Assembly: GCA_030390025.1 (NCBI GenBank) | Contig: CM059433.1 | Coordinates: 30,072,001 to 30,136,000, forward strand | Direction of reading: 5' to 3' | Origin: Squalus acanthias | Taxonomy: Eukaryota | DNA length: 64,000 bases | Part shown: one piece after another, positions 51,372 through 63,600 of the stretch | Layout: each line of letters starts with the position of its first letter | How positions within the stretch are numbered: the first letter of the stretch is position 1 | Position numbers and translations under genes: made by a program | Notes under the pieces: model-generated | The model's database searches: none | The model's input: only the letters and a program-made list of their open reading frames with translations | What the model was told of the DNA's origin: nothing

Positions 51372-54325
51372 CATCTTCTTCTGAGGCAGTCCCTCGGAAC
51401 CGAGAATGACTTGCTTCCACACTAAAAATGAGTTCTCAGGTGACTGACGAGTCCAATGCAGGACCTACAGTCTCTGTCACAGGTGGGGCAGATGGTGGTT
51501 GAAGGGGTAGGTGGGCGGGGTGCTTGGGTTGACGTGCGCTCCTTCCGCTGTTTGCGCTTGGCTTCCGCTTGCTCCCAGTGAAGAGACTCGAGGTGTTCGG
51601 CACCTTCCCGGATGCTTCTCCTCCACTTTGAGCAGTCTTGGACCAGGGATTCCCAGGTATCGGAGGGGATGTTGCACCTTTTCAAGGAGGCTTTGAGGGT
51701 GTCCTTGAAGCGTTTTCTCTGCCCACCTGGGGCTCTCTTGCCGTGTCGGAGCTTCGAGTAGAGCACTTGTTTTGGGAGTCTCATATCGGGCATGCGGACA
51801 ATGTGGCCCATCCATCGGAGCTGATCGAGCGTGGTCAAAGCTTCAATGCTGGGGATGTTGGCCTGAGCGAGAACATTGATGTTGGTGCACCTATCCTGCC
51901 AATAGATTTGCAGGATCTTGTGGAGGCAGCATTGGTGGTACCTCTCCAGTGCTTTGAGGTGCCTGCTGTACATGGTCCATGTCTCTGAAGCATACAGGAG
52001 GGCGGGAATCACTACTGCTCTGTAGACCATGAGCTTGGTGCCGGGCTTGAGGTCCTGGTCTTCAAACACTCTCTTCCTCAGGTGACCGAAGGCTGCACTG
52101 GCACACTGAAGGCAGTGTTGGACTTCGTCATCGACGTCTGCCCTTGTTGACAGTAGGCTCCCGAGGTATGGAAAGTGGTCCATGTTGTCCAAGGCCTCTT
52201 CATGGATTTTGATAATCGGGGGGCAGTGCTGTGTGGCGGGGGCAGGTTGGTAGAGGACCTTTGTGTTACGGATGTTTAGTGTAAGGCCCATGCTCTCGTA
52301 CGCTTCGGTGAAGGTGTTGACGATGGTTTGGAGTTCGACCTCCGAGTGTGCGCAGACGCAAGCGTCGTCTGCATACTGTAATTTGATGACAGAGGATGGG
52401 ACGACCTTGGATCTGGACTGGAGGCGATGGAGGTTGAACAGTTTCCCGTTTGTTCTGTAGATTAGCTCCACTCCAGCGGGGAGCTTACTGAGGGTGAGAT
52501 GGAGCATTGCAGCAAGGAAGATCGAGAAGAGCGTTGATGCAATGACACAGCCTTGTTTGACCCCGGTCCGTACGTGAATTGGTCTGTGGTAGATCCGTTG
52601 ATCAGGATCACGGCTTGCATGTCGTCGTGAAGCAGGCAGAGGATGGTGACAAACTTTTGAGGGCAGTCGAATTTGAGGAGGACACTCCATAATCCCTCAC
52701 GGTTGACAGTGTCAAAGGCCTTTGTGAGGTCAAAGAAGGCCATGTACAGCGGTTGGTGCTGTCCCCTGCACTTCTCTTGTATTTGACGCGCGGTGAAGAT
52801 CATGTCCATTGTGTCCCTTAGTGGACGGAATCCGCATTGCAACTCTGGGAGGAGCTCTTCAGCCACTGGGAGAAGGCGATTGAGGAGGATTCTTGCAATG
52901 ACTTTCCCTGTGGCAGACAGCAGGGAAACTCCTCTGTAATTACCGCAATCGGACTTGTCACCTTTCTTGAAGATGGTCACGATTATGGCGTCTCTGAGAT
53001 CCCCTGGCATGCTATCCTCCTTCTAAATAAGAGAAATGAGTTCATGTATTCGCGCCAATAGTGCTTCTCCGTCATGCTTTAGTGCCTCGGCGGGGATTCC
53101 ATCTGCTCCTGAGGCCTTGTTGTTCTTCAGTTGTCAGATGACCTTTTCAACCTCATGCCGAGCTGGGGTTGTGCTGAGGTGGTGGCAGGTAGCATGCTGC
53201 GGGATGGAGTTGAGGACACTCGCGTCGAAGACAGAGTCTCGGTTAAGGAGATCTTCGAAGTGCTCCTTCCAGCGGGCACTGACTGCCTCTCTGTCCTTGA
53301 TGAGTACCTCTCCGTTCTTGGCCCGCAGTGGGGTAGGAACTTGGGTGCTTGGGCTTGACTGCGTTAAAGAATCCATGCACGTCGTGGTTGTCGGCTAGCT
53401 GCTGAATCTCCTGCGCTTTCTCCACCCACAATCTGTTCTTTAGGCCACGAGTTTTTTGTTGGACCTCGGCCTTCAGGCGTCTGTAGAGCTGCTTTCTTGC
53501 TCTCGAGTTGTGTTGCTGTTTCCAGATCAGGAATACCTTGCGCTTGCGGCTTATTATTTCCTGGTCGTTCTCGTCGAACCAGTCTTGATGTTTCCTGATC
53601 GAGTGACTGAGCGTCTCTTCACAGGTGCTGATTATGGAGGCCTTGAGTACAGACCAGGCGCTGTGGGCACTCTGTGTCTCTGAATCACTGGGAGTCGTCA
53701 GGCTGGTTGTAAGGCGCAGGCTGAATAGGGCTTTCTTAGCAGGGTCTTTAAGTGCTCCAGCGTTGATTTTCCAGCAGTATTGCTTCTGTTGCCGCCGCTG
53801 TTTTGGGGCTACATTGATGGAGATGACAGAGTGGATTAGGCAGTGGTCTGCCCAACAGTCGTCAGCTCCTGTCATGGCGCGGGTGATGCGGACGTCCTTG
53901 CGGTCTCTTGCTCGGACGGTGACGTAGTGCAGCAGATGCCAGTGCTTGGAGCGAGGGTGCTGCCATGAAGCCTTGTACTTGTCTCTCTGATGGAACAAGG
54001 TGTTGGTTATGACAAGGCCATGTTCTAAGCATTTTGTCAGGAGGAGGGTACCGTTGGAGTTGGCTTTCCCTACTCCCTCTCTGCCGATCACAATTTCCCA
54101 GAAGTCTGTGTCCTTTCCAACTCTGCCGTTAAAGTTGCCAAGGAGGGATCAGCTTGTTGCCCATTGGGACTCGGAACAGGGATTGTTTGAGGCTGGAGTA
54201 GAATTCCTCTTTGGTCTCGTCTGTGGCTTCTAGTGTTGGGGCGTACGCACTGATGACCGTAGCGCACTGGTTCCGGGCTAGGGTGAGCCGATGAGTGATG
54301 AGGCGTTCGTTTATTCTGCAAGGGC
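51372..54325 (-). mobile_element. RTE-clade LINE, 5'-truncated in the endonuclease, few frameshifts
   Basis: ISAYAPT, WQHPRSKHWH, QCGFR, FFDLTKAFDTV, GVKQGCV, LQYADD, C-terminal CxxC..H..H finger; (AAG)n-like tail; 65-bp flanking direct repeat. Confidence 0.93.
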
Positions 54326-54397
54326 AGGAGATAAGGAGTTGTCTCTGACCTTGCAGTTCTGCATAGCTCAGGAGATTGGAAGAACAAGATAACAACG

Positions 54398-57300
54398 TAA
54401 GAACATAAGAAATAGGAGCAGGAGTAGGCAATTCGGCCCTTCGAGCCTGCTCCGCCATTCAATGAGATCGTGGCTGATCTTCTGCCTCAATTCCATTCAC
54501 CGGTCTTATCGCCATATCCCTTGATGCCCTTATTAGTCAGAAATCTATCGACTTCTGTTTTGAATATACCCACAGCCCTCTGGGGTAGTGAATTCCAAAG
54601 ATTCACCACCCTCTGTGTGAAGAAATTTCTTCTCATCTCAGTCCTGAATGGTCTACCCTTTATCCTGAGGCTGTGGCCCATGGTTCTAGACTCCCCAGCC
54701 AAGGGAAACATTCTCCCAGCATCCACCCTATCAAGCCCTGTAATAATTTTGTATGCTTCAATGAGATCCCCTCTCATTCTTCTGAATTCAAGAGAATACA
54801 GGCCTAGTTTACTCAATCTCTTCTCATACGACAGTCCCGCCATCCCAGGAATCAATCTCGTGAACCTTCGTTGCACTTCCTCTTGGCAAGTATATCCTTC
54901 CTTAGGTAAGGAGACCAAAATTGTACACAGTACTCCAGGTGTGGTCTCACCAAGGCCCTATTTAATTGGAGTAAGACTTCTTTACTCCTGTACTCAAATC
55001 CTCTTGTAATGAAGGCCAGCATACCATTTGCCTTCCTAATGGTTTAGAAGATAGGAGCAGGAGTAGGCCATTCGGCCCCTCGAGCCTGTTCCGCCATTTA
55101 ATGAGATCATGGCTGATCATCCAAATTCAGTACCCTGTGTCCCTGCTTTCTCCCAATATCCCTTGATCCCTTTAGTCTTAAGAAATATATCTAACTCCTT
55201 CTTGAATATATTTAATGAATTGGTCTCAACTGCCTTGTGTGATAGAGAATTCCACAGGTTCACCACTCTCTGGGTGAAGAAATTCCTCCTCATCTCAGTC
55301 CTAAATGGCTTACCCCTTATCCTGGTACTGGACTCCCCTGCCATCGGGAACATCCTTCCTGCATCTAGTCTGTCTAGTCCTGTTAGAATTTTATAAGTTT
55401 CAATGAGATCCCCTCTCATTCTTCTAAACTCTAGCGAATATAAGCCTAATCGGCCCAATCTCTCCTCATACGTCATTCCTGCCACCCCAGGTATCAGTCT
55501 GGTGAATCTTCGCTGCACTCTCTCCATGGCAAGAACATCCTTCCTCAGATAAGGTGCTGCACCTGCACATTCACTTTCAGTGACTCATGTACAAGGACAC
55601 CCAGGACCCTTTGAGCATCTGCATTCCCCAGTCTTTCACCATTTAGGAAATACTCTGCCTTTCTGTTTTTTCTACCAAAGTGGATAACTTCACATTTATC
55701 CACATTATAATCCATCTGCCATGTTCTCGCCCACTCACTGAGCCTGTCGAGATCTCCTTGAAACCTCTTCACATCCTCTTCACAACTGACACTGCCACCT
55801 AGCTTTGTGTCATCAGCAAATTTGGAAATGTTACATTTAGTCCCCTCATCCAAATCATTGATATAGATTGTGAATAGCTGGGGCCCAAGCACCAATCCTT
55901 GCGGTACCCCACTAGTCACAGCCTGCCATCCTGAAAAAGACCCGTTTATCCCTACTCTTTGTTTTCTGTCTGTTAATCAATTCTCAATCCATGCTAGTAT
56001 ATTACCCCCAATTCCATGTGCCCTAATTTTGTTCACCAACCTCTTGTGTGGGACCTTATCGAAGGCCTTCTAAAAATCCAAATACACCACATCTACCAGT
56101 TCCCCTTTGTCTCCTCCACTAGTTACATCCTCAAAGAACTCCAATAGGTTTGTCAAACAGGACTTCCCTTTCATCAATCCATGTTGATTCTGCCCAATCT
56201 TACTATTAGTTTCTAAATGCCCAGTTTTTGCATCCTTTATAATAGATTCCAGAATTTTCCCAACTACTGATGTGAGGCTAACAGGTCTGTAACATAGAAG
56301 ATAGGAGCAGGAGTAGGCCATTCGGCCCCTCGAGCCTGCTCCGCCATTCAATGCGATCATGGCTGATCATCCAAATTCAGTACCCTGTCCCTGTTTTCTC
56401 CCCATATCCCTTGATCCCCTTAGCCTTAAGAAATATATCTAACTTCTTCTTGAATATATTTAATGAATTGGACTTAACTGTCTTCTGTGGTAGAGAATTC
56501 CACAGGTTCACCACTCTCTGGGTGAAGAAATTCTCCTCATCTCAGTCCTAAATGGCTTACCCCTTATCCTTAGACTGTGACCACTGGTTCTGGACTCCCC
56601 CACCATCGGGAACATCCTTCCTGCATCTAGTCTGTCTAGTCCTGTTAGAATTTTATAAGTTTCAATGAGATCCTCTCTCATTCTTCTAAACTCTAGTGAA
56701 TACAAACCCAATCGACTCAATCTCTCTTCATACGTCATTCCTGCCATCCCAGGTATCAGTCTGGTGAATCTTCGCTGCACTCTCTCCATGGCAAGAGCAT
56801 CCTTCCTCAGATAAGGCGACCAAAACTGCACACAATACTCAAGGTGTGGTCTCACCAAGGCCCTGTACAACTGCAGCAAGACATCCTTGCTCCTGTACTC
56901 GAATCCTCTCGCTATGAAGGCCAACATACCATTTGCCTTCTTAACCGCCTGCTGCACCTGCATGTTTACCTTCAGCGACTGGTGCACAAGGACACCCAGG
57001 TCTCGTTGCACTTCCCCTTTTCCCAATCTATTGCCGTTCAGATAATAATCTGCCTTCCTGTTTTTGCCACCAAAGTGGATAACCTCGCATTTATCCACAT
57101 TATACTGCATCGGCCATGCATCTGCCCAATCACCCAACCTGTCCAAATCATACTGGAGTTTCTCTGTATCCTCCTCACAGCACACACGCCCACCCAGCTT
57201 TGTGTCTGCCAACCAGTTTTCTATCCTAGACAGTACCTTACCCCCAATCCCGTGTGCTTTAACTTTGCACGCTAATCTCTTATGCGGGACCTTATCGAAA

Positions 57301-59460
57301 GCCTTCTGAAAGTCCAAATACACCACATCCACTGGTTCTCCCTTATCTATTCTACCAGTTACATCCTCAAAAAATTCCAATAGATTAGTCAAGCATGATT
57401 TACCTTTTGTAAATCCATGTTGACTTTGTCCGATCCTGTCACTGTTTTCCAAGTGCTCTGCTATTACATCTTTTATAATGGACTCTAGCATTTTCCCCAC
57501 TACCAATGTCAGGCTTACCGGTCTATAATTCCCCATTTTCTCTCTACCACCTTTTTTAAATAGTGGGGTTACATTAGCTACCCTCCAATCCATGGGAACA
57601 GTTCCAGAGTCTATAGAATTTTGGAAGATGACCAGCAATGCATCTACTATTTCCAGGGCCACTTCCTTAAGTACCCTAGGATGTAGATTATCAGGCCCTG
57701 GGGATTTATCGGCCTGCAATCCCGTCAATTTCCCTAACACCATTTCCTTACAAATACTGATTTAATTCAGTTCCTCCCTCTCATTAGACCCTATGTTCCC
57801 CGACATTTCTGGGAGGTTATTTGTGTCCTCCTTTGTGAAGACAGAACCAAAGTATGTATTTAATTGGTCTGCCATTTCTATGTTCCCCATTATAAATTCC
57901 CGTTTCTGACTGCAAGGGACCTACGCTTGACTTCACCAATCTTTTTCTCTTCACATATCTATAGAAACTTTTACAGTCAGTTTTTATGTAGTTCCCCGTT
58001 TTCTCTCTCCCTCCTTTCTTAAATAGCGGGGTTACATTTACTATCCTCCAATCTGCAGGAATCGTTCCAGATTCTATAGAATTTTGGAAGATGACAACCA
58101 ATGCGTCCACTATCCCAATGGCCACTTCTTTGAAAACCCTAGGATGTAGGGCAACATGGTGGCATAGTGGTTAGCACTGGTGCCTCACAGCGCCAGAGAC
58201 CCGGGTTCGAATCTGACCTCGGGTGACTGTCTGTGTGGAGTTTGCACATTCTCCCCGTGTCTGCGTGGGTTTCCTCCGGGTGCTCCGGTTTCCTCCCTCA
58301 GTCCAAAAATGTGTGGGTTAGGTTGATTTGGCTATGATAAATTGACCCTTAGTGTTAGGGGGGGATTAAATATGTGGGGTTATGGGGATAGGATGGGATA
58401 TGTTAGGGGGAATTAAATACGTGGGGTTACGGGGGTAGGGTGGGATATGTGTACTGTGGGGATTAAAGCAGGGACAGGGTAGTGGATTTGGATGATCAGC
58501 CATGATCGTATTGAATGGCGGAGCAGGCTCGACGGGCCGAATGGCCTACTCCTGCTCCTAGATTCTATGTTTCTATGTAGGTCATCCGGTCCTTGAGATT
58601 TATCGACTTTTAGTCCCATTAATTTTACTAGTACTGTTTTTTTCCTAATAATTTCTTTAAGTTCCTCATTCTCGCCACACCCTTGGTTTTCTCGTATTTC
58701 TGGGAGATTTTTTGTGTCTTCCCCCGTGAAGACAGAAACAAAGTATTTATTTAATTTCTCAGCCATTTCCTCATTCCCCATTATAAATTCTCCCATCTCT
58801 GACTGTAAAGGACCTACATTTACCTTCACCAGTCTTTTCCTTTTCACATACCTATAGAAGCTTTTACAATCCGTTTTTATATTTTTCGCTAGTTTGTGCT
58901 CATATTCCATTTTCCCTTTCTTTATCAATTTCTTGGTCCCCCTTTGCTGATTTCTAAAAAGATCCCAATCCTCAGGCTGACCGCTTTTTCTGGCAACTTT
59001 ATAAGCTTCCTCCTTTGACTTAATACTAGCTTTAATTTCTTTTGTTAGCCATGGTTGGATCACTTTTCCTTTTGGGTTTTTATGCCCTAGAGGAATGTAT
59101 GTTTGTTGCAAATTATGCATTATTTCCTTGAATGTTAGCCATTATATGTCCACCTTCATACCTTTTAGTGTAGTCTCCCAATCTACCATGGCCAACTTGT
59201 CCCTCATACTCTTGTAGTTTCCTCTGTTTAGATTGAAGACCTTAGTTTCAGATTGGACTACATTACTCTCAACTTAATATAAAATTCAATCATATTATGG
59301 TCACTTGTCCCTAAAGGCCCCTTTACCACAAGATTATTGATTAGCCCTTTCTCATTACACAGTACCAGATCCAGAATAGCCTGTTCCCTGGTTGGTTTCT
59401 CCACATACTGATCCAGGAAACCATCTCGCATGCATTCCAAGAATTCGTCCTCCACACCAT
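54398..59460 (-). mobile_element. Pile-up of at least three nested CR1 copies (3' tails at about 54398, 55044 and 56291)
   Basis: Repeated tails and ORF2 peptides (54487-54918, 55117-55527, 55545-55919, 56508-57743, 58413-59120, 59258-59455). Confidence 0.9.
58151..58574 (+). mobile_element. V-SINE (HE1-type) long-tail variant inserted in CR1
   Basis: 7-bp TSD atgtagg (58144-58150 / 58575-58581); same structure as 30190-30618. Confidence 0.9.
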
Positions 59461-59479
59461 TTCTGACACACCAAGATGT

Positions 59480-59613
59480 TCTGACGAAGGGTCATCGACT
59501 TGAAACGTTAACTCGGTTTCTCTCTCCACAGATGCTGTCTGACCTGCTGAGTATTTCCAGCATTTTCTGTTTTTATTTCAGATTTCCAGCATCCGCAGTA
59601 TTTTGCTTTTGAA
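59480..59613 (+). mobile_element. Solo Penelope pLTR fragment starting at the hammerhead core
   Basis: 8-bp TSD caagatgt (59472-59479 / 59614-59621); CTGACGA-agggtcatcgactt-GAAA-cgttaact. Confidence 0.82.
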
Positions 59614-60067
59614 CAAGATGTGAAGACCCAGCATTCCAGTCGGCTGTTAACTGAACCAATGCCTGAGGCCCAGGTGTGTGTGATAGCAGGACTGGGACAG
59701 TATAAGAAAGGACAACATCAAAGCGTGGTCACTGCAGTCAGGTGAAGAAGGACGGAGATCGGTCATCTCTGGATCTAGGCCTACAATCAACATCGGTAAC
59801 GACCAGCAAGTACAAACAAGTACAAACACCTTTATGATTTGACTGAAACTTAATTATTACAATCATAAAAGGGGTTTGTACTGTGGTTTTGTTGGTTTAA
59901 TAAACTAACAAATTTAAAGTTGAGCAAAAACCTGTTTGTCACGTGTATTCTGTTCTTGTAATTCCGGGGTTCAAGAACATTGTAAGGAGGAAGGAAACGG
60001 AACCCCTTACACCTCACCCAAACCATCTCTGCAGTGACCTCTATTCCAGTCTGTGTTTCTGTACCTG

Positions 60068-60285
60068 CCCTCCACTCTTCCCTTCCTCCCCCCCCCCTCC
60101 CCCCTCCCCTTCCCCCCCTCCCCCCCTCCCCTCCCCCCCTTCTCCTTCCCCTTCCCTCCCCCCCGTCCCCCCTTCTTCCCCTCCCCCTCCCCCCCCTTCC
60201 CTTCCCCCCTTCCCCATCCCCTCTTCCCCATCCCCTCCCCCTTCCCCATCCCCTCCCCCTTCCTCTGCCCCCTTCCTCCCATCTC
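60068..60285. repeat. C/T-rich low-complexity tract (G-rich on the - strand)
   Basis: Nearly pure pyrimidine run of (C)nT units. Confidence 0.9.
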
Positions 60286-60654
60286 CAATGTTCCCATTGC
60301 TCCATTGAATGAAAACCTTATCTGTGAAGAAGCAGTGGAGTGGGACTAATTTGATAGCTCTTTCAAAGAGCCGACACAGGCACGATGAGCTGAATAGCCG
60401 CCTTCAGTGCTGTATCATTCTATGATTCTATGAATTCTGGTTAAACTATACCCGGCCCAATGTATAATCAGTGACAGCAACGTATGAAGCCACCTTCACT
60501 GTTTTTAAAAGTTACACACACATATCAAAGTAAATGGATTTTTGAATTTAAAATTTACAAGATAACTAGTGGCCATGACAGAAATATATTTGTTTTTTTA
60601 TATAGATTTAAAATATCAATATAAACAGATAAGTGGGGTAAATGCAGTTTGTGT

Positions 60655-61420
60655 TGGATGCACACATTCCGTTGTACCCCACCCGCCACTTTCGCTGGAT
60701 GCACACACTCAGTTGCATCTCTCCCCCTCTCCTCCTCCTATTTTGCTGGATGCACACACTCAGTTGCATCTCTCCCCCTCCTATTTTGCTGCATGGACAC
60801 ACCCAGTTGCATCTCTCCCCCTCTCCTCCAATTTTGCTGGATGCACACACTCAGTTGCATCACTCCCCTCTCCTCCTCCTCCCATTTTACTGGATGCACG
60901 CACTCAGTTGCATCACTCCTCCTCCCATTTTGCTGCATGCACACACTCAGTTGCATCTCTCCCCCTCTCCTCCCATTTTACTGGATGCACACACTCAGTT
61001 GCATCACTCCCCCTCTCCTCCTCCTCCCATTTTACTGGATGCACAAACTCAGTTGCATCACTCCCCTCCCATTTTACAGGATGCACATACTCAGTTGCAT
61101 TACTCCCCTCTCCTCCTCCTCCCATTTTACTGGATGCACACACAGTTGCATCACTCCTCCTCCCATTTTGCTGCATGCACACACTCAGTTGCATCACTCC
61201 TCCTCCCATTTTACTGGATGCACACACTCAGTTGCATCTCTCCCCCTCCTCCCATTTTGCTGGATGCACACACTCAGTTGCATCTCTCTCCCTCCTCCCA
61301 TTTTACTGGATGCACACACTCAGTTGCATCACTCCTCCTCCCATTTTGCTGGATGCACACACTCAGTTGCATCACTCCTCCTCCCATTTTGCTGGATGCA
61401 CACACTCAGTTGCACCTCCC
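60655..61420. repeat. Minisatellite, about 17 units of roughly 40-55 bp
   Basis: Constant core ctggatgcacacactcagttgcatc plus a variable-length (ctc/ccc) linker ending ccatttt(a/g). Confidence 0.93.
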
Positions 61421-61444
61421 TGCACTCGGCGCACACACTGAGCT

Positions 61445-61985
61445 GAAGCCCGCCTCTCCCCTGAGCTGAGCTGGCCGGGCCCGCGAGGTCACGTGCCGTG
61501 GGCCGGGGACGGTTTCTCCCCCCTCCCCCTCCCCCTCCTGTCTCCAATGGCGGCGGCTTCGGGCGAACGAGGGCAGAAAGGAGACCGGGAAAGCGGCCGG
61601 CTGCCCGTCCCTGTACCGCCACAGGCCGCCGGGGGAGCTTAGCACAGCGGCACGGCAGCGAAATCCGACCGACCGAGAGAGAGAGAGATAGCGGGAAAAA
61701 CTATCAGGTGAGGAACGCCCATTAAATATAAACATCAATATCAATAAAGCGAGCGGGCCTCCCTCCCTCCTCACCCGGGGGTTAGAGTGAGTCCGAGTCC
61801 GGCCTCCCAACTCCCGGCCGAGCTCCATGGCAGCCCGCTGGGCCTGCTGCCTCCCGCTCGCTGCAGCCGCCGCCATGTCGGTGTCGGTGCGGGGCCCGCG
61901 GGCCTCGGGCCCAGCGCAGCGTGAGGGGGGAGGCACCCGCCCGGCTCCTGCCTCAGGCAAGCAGGCAGGGAGCGAGGGCCAGGCT
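61445..61985 (+). promoter_or_regulatory. CpG-island promoter and probable first exon of the downstream gene (PHF3 suspected from synteny only)
   Basis: Dense CpG; E-box CACGTG 61490-61495; YY1-like caATGGCGGC 61545-61554; donor cag|gtgagg at 61707/61708. Confidence 0.7.
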
Positions 61986-62119
61986 TCATTCCACACTTTG
62001 TGGAGAGGCAGAAGAGGGGGGAAGTGGAGGGGAAGCTGGGGGAAAATGGAGGGGGAGAGGAAAGGGGAGGAAGGAGGCAAAAAGAGAGGATGGGGAAGAG
62101 AGAAGGGGAAAATGGAGGG

Positions 62120-63600
62120 GGAAGAAGTGGGAAGAGGAGTGGGGGAAAGAAGTGGGAAGAGGAGGGGGGGGAAAGAAGTGGGAAGAGGAGGGGGGGAAAG
62201 AAGTGGGAAGAGGAGGGGGGAAAGAAGTGGGAAGAGGAGGGGGGAAAGAAGTGGGAAGAGGAGGGGGGGAAAGAAGTGGGAAGAGGAGGGGGGGGGGAAA
62301 GAAGTGGGAAGAGGAGGGGGGGGGGAAAGAAGTGGGAAGAGGAGGGGGGTGGAAAGAAGTGGGAAGAGGAGGGGGGGGGAAAGAAGTGGGAAGAGGAGGG
62401 GGGGGAAAGAAGTGGGAAGAGGAGGGGGGTGGAAAGAAGTGGGAAGAGGAGGGGGGTGGAAAGAAGTGGGAAGAGGAGGGGGGTGGAAAGAAGTGGGAAG
62501 AGGAGGGGGGGGGAAAGAAGTGGGAAGAGGAGGGGGGGGGAAAGAAGTGGGAAGAGGAGGGGGGGAAAGAAGTGGGAAGAGGAGGGGGGGAAAGAAGTGG
62601 GAAGAGGAGGGGGGGAAAGAAGTGGGAAGAGGAGGGGGGGAAAGAAGTGGGAAGAGGAGGGGGGGAAAGAAGTGGGAAGAGGAGGGGGGAAAGAAGTGGG
62701 AAGAGGAGGGGGGGAAAGAAGTGGGAAGAGGAGGGGGGGAAAGAAGTGGGAAGAGGAGGGGGGAAAGAAGTGGGAAGAGGAGGGGGGGAAAGAAGTGGGA
62801 AGAGGAGGGGGGGAAAGAAGTGGGAAGAGGAGGGGGGGAAAGAAGTGGGAAGAGGAGGGGGGGAAAGAAGTGGGAAGAGGAGGGGGGGGAAAGAAGTGGG
62901 AAGAGGAGGGGGGGAAAGAAGTGGGAAGAGGAGGGGGGGAAAGAAGTGGGAAGAGGAGGGGGGGGAAAGAAGTGGGAAGAGGAGGGGGGGAAAGAAGTGG
63001 GAAGAGGAGGGGGGAAAGAAGTGGGAAGAGGGGGGGAAGAAGTGGGAAGAGGGGGGGAAGAAGTGGGAAGAGGAGGGGGGGAAAGAAGTGGGAAGAGGAG
63101 GGGGGGAAAGAAGTGGGAAGAGGAGGGGGGAAAGAAGTGGGAAGAGGAGGGGGGGAAAGAAGTGGGAAGAGGAGGGGGGAAAGAAGTGGGAAGAGGAGGG
63201 GGGGAAAGAAGTGGGAAGAGGAGGGGGGGAAAGAAGTGGGAAGAGGAGGGGGGGAAAGAAGTGGGAAGAGGAGGGGGGGAAAGAAGTGGGAAGAGGAGGG
63301 GGGGAAAGAAGTGGGAAGAGGAGGGGGGGAAAGAAGTGGGAAGAGGAGGGGGGGAAAGAAGTGGGAAGAGGAGGGGGGGAAAGAAGTGGGAAGAGGAGGG
63401 GGGAAAGAAGTGGGAAGAGGGGGGGAAGAAGTGGGAAGAGGAGGGGGGGAAAGAAGTGGGAAGAGGAGGGGGGGAAAGAAGTGGGAAGAGGAGGGGGAAA
63501 GAAGTGGGAAGAGGAGGGGGGAAAGAAGTGGGAAGAGGAGGGGGGGAAAGAAGTGGGAAGAGGAGGGGGGAAAGAAGTGGGAAGAGGAGGGGGGGAAAGT
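62120..63600. repeat. Purine-rich tandem array, roughly 55 units of about 24-29 bp
   Basis: Unit gaaagaagtgggaagaggag(g)n with variable G-run length. Confidence 0.95.

Noticed and set aside
59850..60349. Gly/Arg- and Pro-rich ORFs
   Set aside because: Low-complexity C/T tract.
60655..61420. CRISPR-like look: palindromic repeat with variable spacers
   Set aside because: Spacers are variants of one pyrimidine linker rather than unique sequences, there are no cas genes, and the context is a vertebrate genome.
60569..61469. Three overlapping 265-290 aa ORFs
   Set aside because: Translations of the minisatellite in all three frames.
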